A DNA stretch of 62,744 nucleotides, filler included, from a bacterium (GCA_043817485.1; 7 parts of 7 records of this genome joined end to end with filler, not necessarily neighbours in it); one strand, 5' to 3'; shown: positions 9,716 through 21,791, counted from the whole stretch's first letter. Numbers and translations are program-made. The notes: generated from the sequence alone by a model not told the origin.

Positions 9716-11644
9716 CTATCTTTTTATTTCTTCCATAATATAGCTTTCAATAATATCATCTTGTTTAAGATCATTAAAATTTTCTATTTTAATACCACAT
9801 TCTAACCCAAGCAATACTTCTTTTACATCTTCTTTAAATCTTTTCAAAGTGTCAATTTTTCCAGTATAAACTATGATATTTTGTCTAATTACTCGTACAT
9901 TAGAATTTCTTAAAATTTTTCCTTTTTGAACTAAACATCCAGCAATTAATCCAATTTCAGAAACATTGAAAAGTTCTTTTACAAGAGATTGTCCTAAAAT
10001 AATTTCTTTGTATTTTGGGGCTAACATTCCTTTTATTGCTGCTTTTACATCAGAAATAACATCATAAATTACTTGATATAATCGAATATCTACTATTTCT
10101 TTTTTTGCTATTTCTTGAGCAGAAGCAAAAGGTTTTACATTAAAACCAATAATAATAGCATTTGAAACAGAAGCTAACATTACATCTGAATTATTTATCC
10201 CACCTGTTGCTTGATGAATTATATTTATTTTTATTTCATTATTTAATTCAGTAAGTGATTTTGCTAAAGCTTCTAAAGAACCTAAAACATCTCCCTTTAT
10301 AATTAGTTTAAGTTCTTTTATTTCACCTAATTCAATTTTTTTATGTAATTCATCCAGACTTAATTTATGCATTGATCTTCTATCTTTTTGTCTTTGAATT
10401 TCTTGTCTTTTATTAGCAATTTGTCGTATAAGTTTTTCATCTTTTATTACTTGAAAAATATCTCCAGCCGATGGAATACCATCAAGTCCAACTATCTCTA
10501 CTGGAGTAGAAGGCAAAGCTATTTTAATAGATTCTTTTTTATCATTTAACATTTTTCTAATTTTTCCACTATAATTTCCAATTAAAAAAGAATCTTCCAT
10601 TTTTAAAGTACCTTCTTGAATAAGCACTGTAGCTATAAATCCTAATCTTTTATCTAATTGAGCTTCAATTACTATTCCTTTAGCTAATTTATTAAAATTT
10701 GCTTTTAATTCTAACATATCTGTTTCTAATAAAATCATTTCTAATAATTTATCTATACCTATGTTTTGTTTAGCAGAAATTTCCATAAACATTGTTTTTC
10801 CGCCCCATACTTCAGGAATATATCCATACTTTGATAAATCTTGTTGTATCCTTAAAGTATTCGCACCAATCTTATCTATTTTGTTTACAGCTACAATTAC
10901 AGGAACATTGGCCTCTTTAATATGATCTATTGCTTCAATTGTTTGAGGCATTACTCCTTCATCAGCAGCTACTACTAAAACTACTATATCAGTAAGTTTA
11001 GCTCCTCGTGCTCTTAAAGAAGTAAAAGCTTCATGTCCAGGAGTATCTAAAAAAACTATTTTTTTATTATTCCAAATTACTTCATAAGCTCCTATATGTT
11101 GAGTAATCTTTCCAAATTCTTTTCCTGCAACATTAGTTTTTTTTATAGCATCTAATAAAGATGTTTTTCCATGATCAACATGTCCCATTACTGTTACAAT
11201 AGGTGCTCTTTTAGTTTTCAAAGATTCATCTTCTTCTTTTTCTTCTGGAAGTAATAATTCTTCTCCATATAAAGAAGAAATAATTGTTTCATAACCATAT
11301 TCATTAACTATCATTGTAGCAACATCAATATCTAAACTTTGATTAATAGTAACCATTTCACCTAAAGATAAAAACTTTTTTATTAATTCAGTTGGAGTTA
11401 TATTTATTTTTTCAGATAATTCTGCTACAGTAATTCCTTCACTTATAATAATATTTCTTTTTTTTATAATTGTTTTTTCTCTTTTTTTTACTTTAGAATG
11501 AAGAAATTTATTAATTATTTCTTCATCTAATAAATTCATATGAGAAGAAATATCTATATTCATTTCTTTTAATTCTTGAATAAGAACTTTACTAGAAATA
11601 TTTATTTTTTTTGCTAATTCATAAACTCTCAAAATTTGCCTCAC
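9716..11644 (-). CDS. infB: Translation initiation factor IF-2
   Basis: RVYELAK N-domain, [31 protein letters not shown]. Confidence 0.98.
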   Translation of the reverse strand: MRQILRVYELAKKINISSKVLIQELKEMNIDISSHMNLLDEEIINKFLHSKVKKREKTIIKKRNIIISEGITVAELSEKINITPTELIKKFLSLGEMVTINQSLDIDVATMIVNEYGYETIISSLYGEELLLPEEKEEDESLKTKRAPIVTVMGHVDHGKTSLLDAIKKTNVAGKEFGKITQHIGAYEVIWNNKKIVFLDTPGHEAFTSLRARGAKLTDIVVLVVAADEGVMPQTIEAIDHIKEANVPVIVAVNKIDKIGANTLRIQQDLSKYGYIPEVWGGKTMFMEISAKQNIGIDKLLEMILLETDMLELKANFNKLAKGIVIEAQLDKRLGFIATVLIQEGTLKMEDSFLIGNYSGKIRKMLNDKKESIKIALPSTPVEIVGLDGIPSAGDIFQVIKDEKLIRQIANKRQEIQRQKDRRSMHKLSLDELHKKIELGEIKELKLIIKGDVLGSLEALAKSLTELNNEIKINIIHQATGGINNSDVMLASVSNAIIIGFNVKPFASAQEIAKKEIVDIRLYQVIYDVISDVKAAIKGMLAPKYKEIILGQSLVKELFNVSEIGLIAGCLVQKGKILRNSNVRVIRQNIIVYTGKIDTLKRFKEDVKEVLLGLECGIKIENFNDLKQDDIIESYIMEEIKR

Positions 11645-11654
11645 TTTTTAAATT

Positions 11655-12896
11655 TTATTTTTCTAATAAATTTTTTGCTTTTATTTGCAATTTTTCTGCT
11701 TTTTTATTTCCAATTCCATGAATTTTTTGAAGTTCTACAAGATCTGTAATGGCTAATTTTTCAACAGTATCAATTCCAGATGCTATTAAAAATTCTAAAG
11801 TTTTTTCACCTATTCCAGAAATTTCTTTTAAAGAAATATTTTTTTTCTCTTCTAATTCTAAAGTTTTTTTGAAAAGAGATTCTTTTTGAATATCCATTTT
11901 CCAACCAGTAAGTTTAACAGCCAATTTAACATTTTGTCCATTTTTACCAATTGCTAAAGAAAGTTGATCATCTGGAACTATAACAATTGAAGATTTATTT
12001 TTTTCATTAAGTATTACTTTACTAATTTGAGCTGGACAAAGAGATTTTTTAATAAATTCTTGAATTTTTTCATTCCAAACAATAATATCTATTTTTTCTC
12101 CTTGAAGTTCTTTTATTATTACTTGAATGCGAGATCCTTTAACACCGATGCAAGTTCCTACTGGATCTATATCAGGACGAGTTGAATAAATAGCAATTTT
12201 AGTTCTTATTCCTGGAAGTCTTGCTATAGAAGCAATTTTAATTATTTTTTCAGTTATTTCTGGAATTTCCATTTCAAACAATTGTTTTACTAATTCTGGA
12301 TGAGTTTGAGAAACAATAATTTGTGGATTTTCACATTTTCTCACATCTAATATATAAACTCTTATTCTATTTCCTGGTTTAAATTTTGTTTCAGGAATTT
12401 GTTCATCTAATGGAAGCAATCCTTCTATTCTATCGATATCTAAAATAACATCTTTTTTTTCTAATCGTTGAATTACAGAAGAAATACATGTTCCTATTTT
12501 AGATTTATATTCTTCATAAATATTTTTTTGTTCTTCTTCTTCTAAAAATTGTCCAATTGTTTGACCCGTTGCTATAGCAACAATTCTACCTAATTTTTCT
12601 ATTGATAATGGAACTAAAAGTTGATCACCTATTTTTATTTCAGAATTTATTTTTTTTGCTTCTTTTAAAATAATTTCTTTATTTTCATCAATAAAATTTT
12701 CTACAACTATTTTATTTTTCCATATTTTAATTTCACCAGATTGTAAATCAATGTCTATTTCTATATTTTCATATTTTCCATATTTTTTTTTATATCCTAA
12801 TAAAATAGAATTTTTTATGATTTCTGCAACTTTTTCTTGAGAAATATTTCTTTTTTTAGATATTCTCTCTATAAGTTCAATTAATTCAAAATTCAT
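11655..12896 (-). CDS. nusA: Transcription termination/antitermination factor NusA
   Basis: S1/KH motifs (DPVGTCIGVKGSR, SLAIGKNGQNVKLA), C-terminal HhH; likely start ATG 12896 with AGGAG RBS. Confidence 0.96.
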   Translation of the reverse strand: MNFELIELIERISKKRNISQEKVAEIIKNSILLGYKKKYGKYENIEIDIDLQSGEIKIWKNKIVVENFIDENKEIILKEAKKINSEIKIGDQLLVPLSIEKLGRIVAIATGQTIGQFLEEEEQKNIYEEYKSKIGTCISSVIQRLEKKDVILDIDRIEGLLPLDEQIPETKFKPGNRIRVYILDVRKCENPQIIVSQTHPELVKQLFEMEIPEITEKIIKIASIARLPGIRTKIAIYSTRPDIDPVGTCIGVKGSRIQVIIKELQGEKIDIIVWNEKIQEFIKKSLCPAQISKVILNEKNKSSIVIVPDDQLSLAIGKNGQNVKLAVKLTGWKMDIQKESLFKKTLELEEKKNISLKEISGIGEKTLEFLIASGIDTVEKLAITDLVELQKIHGIGNKKAEKLQIKAKNLLEK

Positions 12897-12960
12897 ACAC
12901 AAACTCCTTCTGATGAACAAAATATCTTTATTCTTATTTTTAACAAATTTTGGTTTTTTT

Positions 12961-13023
12961 ATTATATGTCATTTTATCGTGATGTCAAGTTTTTATTGAC
13001 ATTTTAAAAAAAGGAATTAAAAT
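12961..13023. promoter_or_regulatory. Back-to-back sigma70-type promoters
   Basis: Minus strand TTGACA (12988-12983)-N16-TATAAT (12966-12961) for nusA; plus strand TTGACA (12996-13001)-N16-TAAAAT (13018-13023). Confidence 0.6.
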
Positions 13024-13049
13024 CTATTTTTTAAATAAAGGGAAAAAAT

Positions 13050-13406
13050 ATGATATATGTAATTGTTTCTATTATGATAGCAATAATAGGTCAAATTTTG
13101 TTAAAAATAGGAATAGACAAAATAGGTAAATTAGAAATTTCTTTAGCAAAATTATTTCCTTTAATTATAAAAATATTTTTTAACCCTTTTATTATTATAG
13201 GGCTTATGTTTTATGCAGTAGGTGCTTTTACTTGGATTTTAGCTTTATCAAAAGTTCCTATTAGTTTAGCGTATCCTTTATTAAGTATAAGTTATGTAAT
13301 TATAGTTGGTGTTTCAAGTATATTTTTTCATGAACATGTTTCTCTAATGAGATGGATAGGTGTCGGAATAATAATTTTAGGCGTAACTTTGATTGCTCAA
13401 AAATAA
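13050..13406 (+). CDS. Small EamA/SMR (ArnE/ArnF-like) membrane protein
   Basis: 118 aa, 4 TM, GQILLKIG, LSKVPISLAYPL, RWIGVGIIILGV. Confidence 0.8.
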   Translation: MIYVIVSIMIAIIGQILLKIGIDKIGKLEISLAKLFPLIIKIFFNPFIIIGLMFYAVGAFTWILALSKVPISLAYPLLSISYVIIVGVSSIFFHEHVSLMRWIGVGIIILGVTLIAQK

Positions 13407-13417
13407 AGGAGAAATAA

Positions 13418-14400
13418 TTGCCAGCCAATTTACCACCTCAATTTATCGAAACTCGAAATAAATTAAGTCAAGTTAAAACACCTCAAGAAAAAATTGCTAT
13501 TTATGAAGAACTTTTAACAATTATTCCTAAACATAAAGGAACTGATCGACTACAAGGAGATATTAAAAGTAAAATAGCAAAATTAAAATTATCTTCTCAA
13601 CAAAAATCTAATACTTCTCGTCAAGTAGATAGTTTTTATGTACCTAAGGAAGGGTCTGGTCAAATAGTTTTAATTGGACCTCCGAACAGTGGAAAATCAT
13701 CTTTATTAGCAAAATTAACTAATGCAAAACCTATAATTGCAGATTATCCTTATAGTACTCGTTCTGCATTATCGGGAATGATGAAATTTGAAAATATTCA
13801 AATTCAATTAGTAGATACTCCAGCATTAGGAGATCTTCCAATTGAAGCTGGAATATTTCAAGTAATTCGATTGGCTGATATAATTTGTATAGTACTTAGT
13901 TTAACAGAAGATCCTTTAAAACAATTTGAAAGCATTAAATCAAAATTACAAGAACATAAAATTGGAATAGGAGCAGAAACAGAAATAGAAACAGAAAAAT
14001 TAGTTTTTCAAAAAACATTGATATTGGCTAATAAAATAGATGCTTCTGGTACTTCTGAAATATTAGAAATATTTTGTTCTTTATTTGAAGAAAAAATTAA
14101 AATTTTACCAATTTCTGCTATTTTTGAAACGGGTTTAAATGAAGTGGCATTAGATTTTTATAAATTATTAAATATTATTAGAGTTTATCCAAAAACTCCA
14201 GGGCAAAAACCTGATTATCATAGTCCAGTAGTTTTAAAAAAAATAGTTCTGTTTTTATGTTTGCAAGAGAAATTCATAAAGAATTATCTCAAAAATTAAC
14301 TTTTTCTCGAATTTATCCTAAAGGAAGTGATAAAATAATAAAAGCAAGTGGTGATTATTTACTTAAAGAAGGTGATGTTGTAGAATTACATACGAAATAA
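13418..14400 (+). CDS. DRG/OBG-family GTPase with C-terminal TGS domain, frameshifted at A8 (14236-14243)
   Basis: MPANLPP, PKHKGT, GPPNSGKS, YPYST, DTP, NKID; adding one A gives LKKNSSVFMFAREIHKE...LKEGDVVELH to TAA 14400. Confidence 0.85.
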
Positions 14401-14530
14401 AAAAGAAAATCCGAAAAACGAATATCAAAATATAGAGAAAATACGAAATTCAAATATCATATTTTTAATTCAAAATCATTAATAAACCAATTCGTTTTGT
14501 AGAAACAAGATAAAGGAAATTTTATATATC

Positions 14531-14652
14531 ATGCCTACGGCATTTGTTATTATGTGAAAATAATTTTTTTCTACCAACATTGTGTCCCTATGGGACATTT
14601 ATGGATAAAGCACAATGATAATTCATTCCGTAGAAACGAAATATTGGTAAAA
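14531..14652. repeat. Cluster of REP-like hairpins (CC-TAY-GG type)
   Basis: ATGCCTACGGCAT, TGTCCCTATGGGACA, TTCCGTAGAAACGAAATATTGGTAAAAA; last motif recurs at 58767-58798. Confidence 0.55.
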
Positions 14653-14789
14653 ACGAAACAAATTTCAATAACCAAAATATAAAGAAAATTTTCAATTTTC
14701 AATAAATACGAAATTCAAAACAAAAAAGAAAAATTTGCAATATTTTATTTCTGATTGCAAATGGATATAATTACTAAATAAATTATTTT

Positions 14790-15272
14790 ATGAAAAAGCA
14801 AAAAATAGAAGAAATTATAGGTTTTTTATTATTTCAAAATAAAAAAAAATTGTCAGTAGCAGAATCTTGTACTGGTGGTTTAATATCTCAAAAAATAACC
14901 AGTATTGCTGGAAGTTCAAATTATTTTGAAAGTGGATTAGTTACTTATAGTGATTATTCTAAAATAAAATTACTTAAAATTTCTGAAAAAATTATAAAAA
15001 AGTATGGAGCAGTTAGTGAAGAAATTGCTTTATTAATGGCAGAAAAAGTTCGTAAATTAGCAAATACAGATTATGGATTAGGAATTACTGGAATTGCAGG
15101 TCCTAGTGGAGAAACAAAATTAAAACCAATTGGCTTAGTATTTATTGCTTTATCAAATTCAAAAAATAATATTTGCAAAAAATATAATTTTTTTGGAACA
15201 CGAAATATAATTAGAAATAAAACTTATAAAAGTGCTTTAAATATGTTAAAAAAAGATTTATTGCAAAAATAA
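14790..15272 (+). CDS. pncC: CinA C-terminal / NMN deamidase (PncC) family
   Basis: SVAESCTGG, GSSNYF, GAVSEE.A..MA, GITGIAGP.G. Confidence 0.88.
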   Translation: MKKQKIEEIIGFLLFQNKKKLSVAESCTGGLISQKITSIAGSSNYFESGLVTYSDYSKIKLLKISEKIIKKYGAVSEEIALLMAEKVRKLANTDYGLGITGIAGPSGETKLKPIGLVFIALSNSKNNICKKYNFFGTRNIIRNKTYKSALNMLKKDLLQK

Positions 15273-15275
15273 ATA

Positions 15276-16875
15276 ATGAAAAAATTAAAACTACGATTGT
15301 TAATTTCTATAATTTTTTTTTATTAGTACATTTATGACTATTCTTTGTACTGTTGATAATTTTGGAATTACTTTTGATGAACCTTGTTATTTTAAAGCTA
15401 CTTATTTACATACAAAATGGATTGATTGTTTAAAAAATTCTTTTTTACATCATAATTACTTTCACCCTTTTTCTTCTTCTGTAATCTCAACTTACTGGGA
15501 ACCTTTTCATAATCATCCTTCTTTTACTTTTTTTATTTCTAATTTTTTTTGGAATTTTTACCATAATAGTTTAGGAGACATAAAAAGTTATCGTTTATCT
15601 GGAGCCTTTTTTTTTGCTTTATTAATTTCTTCTGTTTTTATGTTTGCATCAAAAATTTATGGAATAAAATCTGGTATTATTTCATCTTTAAGTTTATTAT
15701 TATTACCAAGAGTTTTTGGAGATAGTTATCTTTTAGCATTAGATATTCCTATTACTTGTATGTGGTTTCTCACAATATATGCTTTTTATAAAAGTTTCAA
15801 TTTTTTGTTATGGAAAATTATTGCTGGAATATTATTTGGTTTTGCATTAGCTACAAAAATAAATGCTTTTTTAATTCCAATCCCTTTATTTATTTGGACA
15901 CTTATTTATTATCGTAAAAGAAAATATTTAGTAAATAATTTTCTTTGGTTTGGAATTATTGGATTTATAGTTTTTATTATTAGTTGGCCATGGCTATGGC
16001 ATCAAACTTTTTTTAGATTAACAGAATATTTATTATTTCACAAATCTCATTTTTATGTTTCTACTTATTATTTTGGAAAAGCTTATACTGTTCCTCCCTG
16101 GCATTATCCTTTTGTTATGACTTTAATTACAATTCCAATTTCAATTTTGTTATTTATTTTAATAGGGTTGTTTCAAAAAAATAAATCTACTTCACAAATA
16201 AAAAATTTATTTATTTTAAATTTTTTAATACCTTTTTTAATTAGTGCGTATCCTAAAATTCCAAAATATGATGGAGTTCGATTATTTATGTCAGTATTTC
16301 CTTTTATGACTATTTTTGCTGGAATTGGCTTTAATTTTTTTATAGAAAAATTAGAATTATTTTTTAAATTTATAAATAAAACAAAACTTTGGGTAATTTC
16401 AACAATTGTTTTTTTAATTATTAATATTTTTTTCTTGATGCAAATTCATCCCTATGAGAGATCTTATTATAATTTTTTAATTGGAGGAACAAAAGGTGCC
16501 TATAAAAAAGGAATGGAAATAACTTATTGGAATGAACCTTTAACTTCTAAACCAATGATTGAATTTATAAATTCTTTAAAAGGCAATCAAATAAATATTT
16601 TAGTTCATGGTGGGTCTCCTTATCCACTTATTCTTTTACAACATGCTAATTTGCTTAAAAAAAATATTAAATTTATTTCTAATTCTTCAAATGAAAGTTT
16701 TTTAAATGAAAAAAAAGAATGGGATTATTTTTTACTTAATTGTCGTTTTGGATTTTTCAATGATAATGATTGGCAAATTTTTAAAAAGAAAAAACCAATT
16801 TTTTCTGTGAAATGCCAAAAAGTTCCTTTAGCACTTTTATATACTAAAGAAGAAGTAAAAGACTTATTAAAATAA
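15276..16875 (+). CDS. Membrane glycosyltransferase (GT39/ArnT-like), 5' frameshift at T9 (15313-15321)
   Basis: GITFDEP, many TM helices, GFALATK, YDGVRLF; removing one T joins ATG 15276 (MKKLKLRLLISIIFFISTF) to ORF 15334. Confidence 0.75.
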
Positions 16876-17903
16876 TGGAGGAATGGATGAATTCAGAAAT
16901 GTTTTATAAAGATGCTGGTGTTAATATAAATAGAGCAAATGAATCTAATGAATTAATAAAAGGGTTTATAAAATCTACTTTTACTTCTAATGTTCTTTCT
17001 AATTTTGGAAGTTTTGGAGGACTTTTTGAAATTGATATTGCAAAATATAAAAATCCAGTTTTAGTTTCAAGCACTGATGGAGTAGGTACAAAAATAAAAA
17101 TATCTATAATGATGAATAAATATTCTACTATAGGGATTGATTTAGTTTCTCATTCTGTAAATGATATTTTAGTTCAAGGAGCATCTCCTTTATTTTTTCT
17201 TGATTATATAGGAATGGGGCAATTAGAACCTAATTTAATAGCTGAAATAGTAAAAGGCTTATCTATTGGATGCAAAGAAGTAGGTTGTGCTTTAATAGGT
17301 GGAGAAACAGCAGAAATGCCATCTATTTATCAAAAAGGAGATTATGATTTAGTTGGATGTATAATAGGTATAGTTGAAAAAAACAAAATAATTACTGGAG
17401 AAAAAATTAAAGAAGGTGATGTAATTATTGGGTTAAATTCTAATGGTCTACATACAAATGGTTACTCTTTAGCTCGAAAAATTTTATTTGAAAAAATGAA
17501 ATATAAAATAGATACTTTTATTCCAGAATTGAATACAACTATTGGAGAAGAATTACTTAAAACACATACTTGTTATAGCAAAATTATTTTACCTTTATTA
17601 GATGAATATGAAATAAAAGGAATTGCTCATATTACAGGTGGTGGTTTTATAGATAATATTCCTCGTATTTTACCAAATGTTTCTGCTAAAATATTTAAAG
17701 GAACTTGGCAAATTTTACCTATTTTTGATTTACTTCAAAAACTTGGACAAGTGCCAGAATTAGAAATGTATCGCACTTTTAATATGGGTATTGGTTTAGT
17801 AATAATAGTTGATCCTAAAATTAGTGATAAAATTTTAGAATTAACAAATGGCAAAATAATTGGAGAAATAGTTCAAGGTACAGGAAAAGTTGAAATAGTA
17901 TAA
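16875..17903 (+). CDS. purM: Phosphoribosylformylglycinamidine cyclo-ligase
   Basis: YKDAGV, STDGVGTK, GGETAEMP, GLHTNGYSLAR, HITGGG, TFNMGIG. Confidence 0.97.
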   Translation: MEEWMNSEMFYKDAGVNINRANESNELIKGFIKSTFTSNVLSNFGSFGGLFEIDIAKYKNPVLVSSTDGVGTKIKISIMMNKYSTIGIDLVSHSVNDILVQGASPLFFLDYIGMGQLEPNLIAEIVKGLSIGCKEVGCALIGGETAEMPSIYQKGDYDLVGCIIGIVEKNKIITGEKIKEGDVIIGLNSNGLHTNGYSLARKILFEKMKYKIDTFIPELNTTIGEELLKTHTCYSKIILPLLDEYEIKGIAHITGGGFIDNIPRILPNVSAKIFKGTWQILPIFDLLQKLGQVPELEMYRTFNMGIGLVIIVDPKISDKILELTNGKIIGEIVQGTGKVEIV

Positions 17904-17982
17904 TATTAATTTTCAATTTTCAATTTGTAATTTAAATGTTTTTCCCGATATACAAAAAAAATTTTCAATTGAAGAATTTCCT

Positions 17983-18059
17983 AACCCCGAAGGGGTGATA
18001 TTATTGTAGCAAAACAGTACCAAAACAGGCAATCTCAACCCCGAAGGGGTGACATTATT
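17983..18059 (+). repeat. Doublet of CCCC-GAA-GGGG hairpin repeat
   Basis: AACCCCGAAGGGGTGA(T/C)ATTATT at 17983 and 18037; relatives at 21953 (+) and 19488-19552 (-). Confidence 0.75.
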
Positions 18060-18126
18060 TATGAAGGATTTTGGATTTGATCATTTATTGGCATAGTTAT
18101 AACATATGTGAGAATTTAGGGTATAA

Positions 18127-19287
<1,161 letters not shown>

Positions 19288-19621
19288 TATAAATTATTTT
19301 AATACAGATAATATATTTCAAATAAAATTTATTTAAACTAAATTGCAATTAAAAGAATAGTAATAATTAAAAATCCGAAATTCAAAACAATAAAAAAAAA
19401 TTTAAACTACAACGAACAGGGACAAAGCTACTGTTCTACGATACTATATCAAAATTCGAAACAATGAAAAAATTAAATGGAAAATTTTACTACAATAATG
19501 CCACCCCCTTCAGGGTTAATTCTTTGTTCCCATCCATTTGCTTCGGGGGTTAGAATTATCGGTAGAAATCTTCGTATTTATTTCAAATTGAAAAATTCAA
19601 ATTAAAAATTAAAAATAAATT

Positions 19622-19723
19622 GCCAAAAATTATAATTTTTCATTTCCCATTTTCAATTTATTCTGATGTCCCATTTGGTAAGGACGAATGCTGTGCCCGT
19701 GTTGTTGTAAATGGCAATTTATG
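19622..19723 (-). repeat. Inverted near-identical copy of REP-flank repeat at ~58471-58570
   Basis: Reverse complement reads AATTGCCATTTACAACAACACGGGCACAGCATTCGTCCTTACCAAATGGGACATCAGAATAAAT..AAAATGGGAAATGAAAAATTATAATTTTTG. Confidence 0.85.
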
Positions 19724-19880
19724 GAGACTGTGTCGTAATTAGAAATTTGGCATGAGAAGTATACAACATGTTGTGCCAATATTAGCAATAAATACTATAT
19801 ATGGGATAGTTTTGCCATTAATTATCAATTGTATATATAAAGACTTAAATTAGTTGATATAAAGACTTGACTCTATTCAT
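19724..19880 (+). mobile_element. Left end of GAGACTGTGTC-terminus element with two NrdR-box-like sites, truncated by contig end
   Basis: GAGACTGTGTCGTAA at 19724 matches the TIR of 57571-57687; boxes ATACAACATGTTGTGC (19761) and ATACTATATATGGGAT (19792). Confidence 0.65.
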
Positions 19881-19980
19881 NNNNNNNNNNNNNNNNNNNN
19901 NNNNNNNNNNNNNNNNNNNNNNNNTTAATTAATTAANNNNNNNNNNNNNNNNNNNNNNNNNNNNNNNNNNNNNNNNNNNN
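19881..19980. other. Assembly spacer
   Basis: N44-TTAATTAATTAA-N44. Confidence 0.97.
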
Positions 19981-20144
19981 TTGGCCAAGTAGTCAGAGAA
20001 GTAATTACAAACAATGCAAATAGTAGTGTATATTGGGATGGAAGAGATAATTTAGGAAAAGAGGTAAGTTCAGGAATGTATTTTTATGAAACAATTATAA
20101 ATAATAAAACACAAAATTGTAAAAAAATGTTGATGTTGAAATAA
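19981..20144 (+). CDS. C-terminal fragment of FlgD-Ig / T9SS-like sorting-domain protein
   Basis: GQVVREVITNNANSSVYWDGRDNLGKEVSSGMYFYETIINNKTQNCKKMLMLK*, 49/53 aa identical to the end of 57912..58372. Confidence 0.85.
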
Positions 20145-20161
20145 AAATTTTTATTAAGTAA

Positions 20162-20196
20162 AAATTAGGGCGAGATTTTATTTCTTGCCCTAATTT
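20162..20196 (+). terminator. Putative intrinsic terminator hairpin
   Basis: AAATTAGGGC...GCCCTAATTT shortly after the stop at 20144. Confidence 0.6.
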
Positions 20197-20749
20197 AGAG
20201 ATATAAGTTTAGAAAAAAGGATATAATATACCAACAACATATATTTATCAAAAAATTCAAAAAAAGATTTGATAATGAAAAAGTAGTAATAACAAAGAAA
20301 AGAAAGTAAATATTTTAAAAAAGGAAATGAAAAAGAGAAGGTTTTTGGTATATTAATTTGTAATCATATATTCGAAGATATGATTACAAATATTTATAAA
20401 GAAAAAAGTTATTTTTAATCAAATGTTTTGAGATTTTGTAAGCATATAAAAAGTTGTCAAAAATGCCATATTTAATAACCTTCCATCATTATATAGTACC
20501 CTTTAAAATTAAAAATATATAATGTTATTCAACAATAAATTTTATGAGTTTATTTTTTAAATTTAGATAGATGAAAAATAAAAGAGTAAGTTATAAACTA
20601 TTTAATTAGAATATTGTTAATTTCAAAATTCATAAAAATAATGAAGAATGATTTTATTAAATTATTTCATAAAAGTTTATTATAAAAATTAAAAGATTAA
20701 TTTTCATGCAAAGCATTTTCATGCAAAGCATTTTTTCAAGAGGTGTATT

Positions 20750-21769
20750 TTGATTATAAAAACTTTGTTTTTATATCGTAGAATTTTAAATTTTATATTA
20801 TTATTTTTTGTAATTTTGTTTTTTGTATTAGCTAATTTAGTTGTAGATGTATTTAGACCTGCAGATAAACATGGGGTTATATCTATTTTAAATATTCAAA
20901 AAGGAACAACAACTTCTCAAATTGGAGAAATTTTGTATGAAAAAAAACTAATAGTAAATAAAAATCTTTTTATTTTTTTAGCTAAAACAATGAGTTTTTC
21001 TACAAATTTAAAAGCTGGAACATATAAAATAAATTCCTCGAATAACATGTTTGTTATTTTAAACAAATTAAATAAAGGTGATTATTTAAAAATTCAATTT
21101 ACTGTTCCAGAAGGATATACTTTAGATCAAATAAATGGGTTGCTTATTCAAAAAAAAATTATTTCAGGAAAAAAATTTCAAAAATTAGTAAATACTTCTT
21201 TAGGAGGTAAAATATTAGGGCTAAAAACAAAAACTCTTGAAGGGTATCTTTTCCCAGATACTTATTTTATTGCTTTAGGGAAAAATATAGAAATAGATAT
21301 TATTAAAATGATGCATAATAGATTAAAACAAACTTTTGCTGTGCATTTAAAACAAAGAGCAATAAAATTAAATTTATCTTTACAAGAAGTATTGATACTT
21401 GCTTCTTTAATAGAAAAAGAAGCAAAAATAAAAGAAGAAAAATATCTTGTATCATCTGTTTTTCATAATAGATTAAAGAAAAAATTAAAATTAGAAGCTT
21501 GTTCAACAGTAAGATATTCTTCTAAAAACTATAAAAATAAACTTACTTATAATTCCTTAAAAATAAAATCGCCTTATAATACTTATAAATATTATGGACT
21601 TCCTCCATCAGCTATTTGTAATCCTGGAAAAGATGCTATTATTGCAGCTTTATATCCTGCAAAAACTAATTATTTATATTTTGTTTTAAAAGATAAAATG
21701 GGCTTTCATTATTTTTCATCTACTTTTAAAGAACATAATAAAATGGTTAAAAAATTAAGAAAAAAATGA
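20750..21769 (+). CDS. mltG: Endolytic transglycosylase MltG
   Basis: N-terminal TM, TVPEG, LEGYLFPDTY, LASLIEKEA, SPYNTY..YGLPP..I.NPG. Confidence 0.95.
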   Translation: MIIKTLFLYRRILNFILLFFVILFFVLANLVVDVFRPADKHGVISILNIQKGTTTSQIGEILYEKKLIVNKNLFIFLAKTMSFSTNLKAGTYKINSSNNMFVILNKLNKGDYLKIQFTVPEGYTLDQINGLLIQKKIISGKKFQKLVNTSLGGKILGLKTKTLEGYLFPDTYFIALGKNIEIDIIKMMHNRLKQTFAVHLKQRAIKLNLSLQEVLILASLIEKEAKIKEEKYLVSSVFHNRLKKKLKLEACSTVRYSSKNYKNKLTYNSLKIKSPYNTYKYYGLPPSAICNPGKDAIIAALYPAKTNYLYFVLKDKMGFHYFSSTFKEHNKMVKKLRKK

Positions 21770-21791
21770 AGTTTTTTATAGGGTTTTATAT

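Noticed and set aside
9546-9743. 65-aa hydrophobic ORF
   Set aside because: Translation of the T-rich family-A repeat, overlapping both neighbours.
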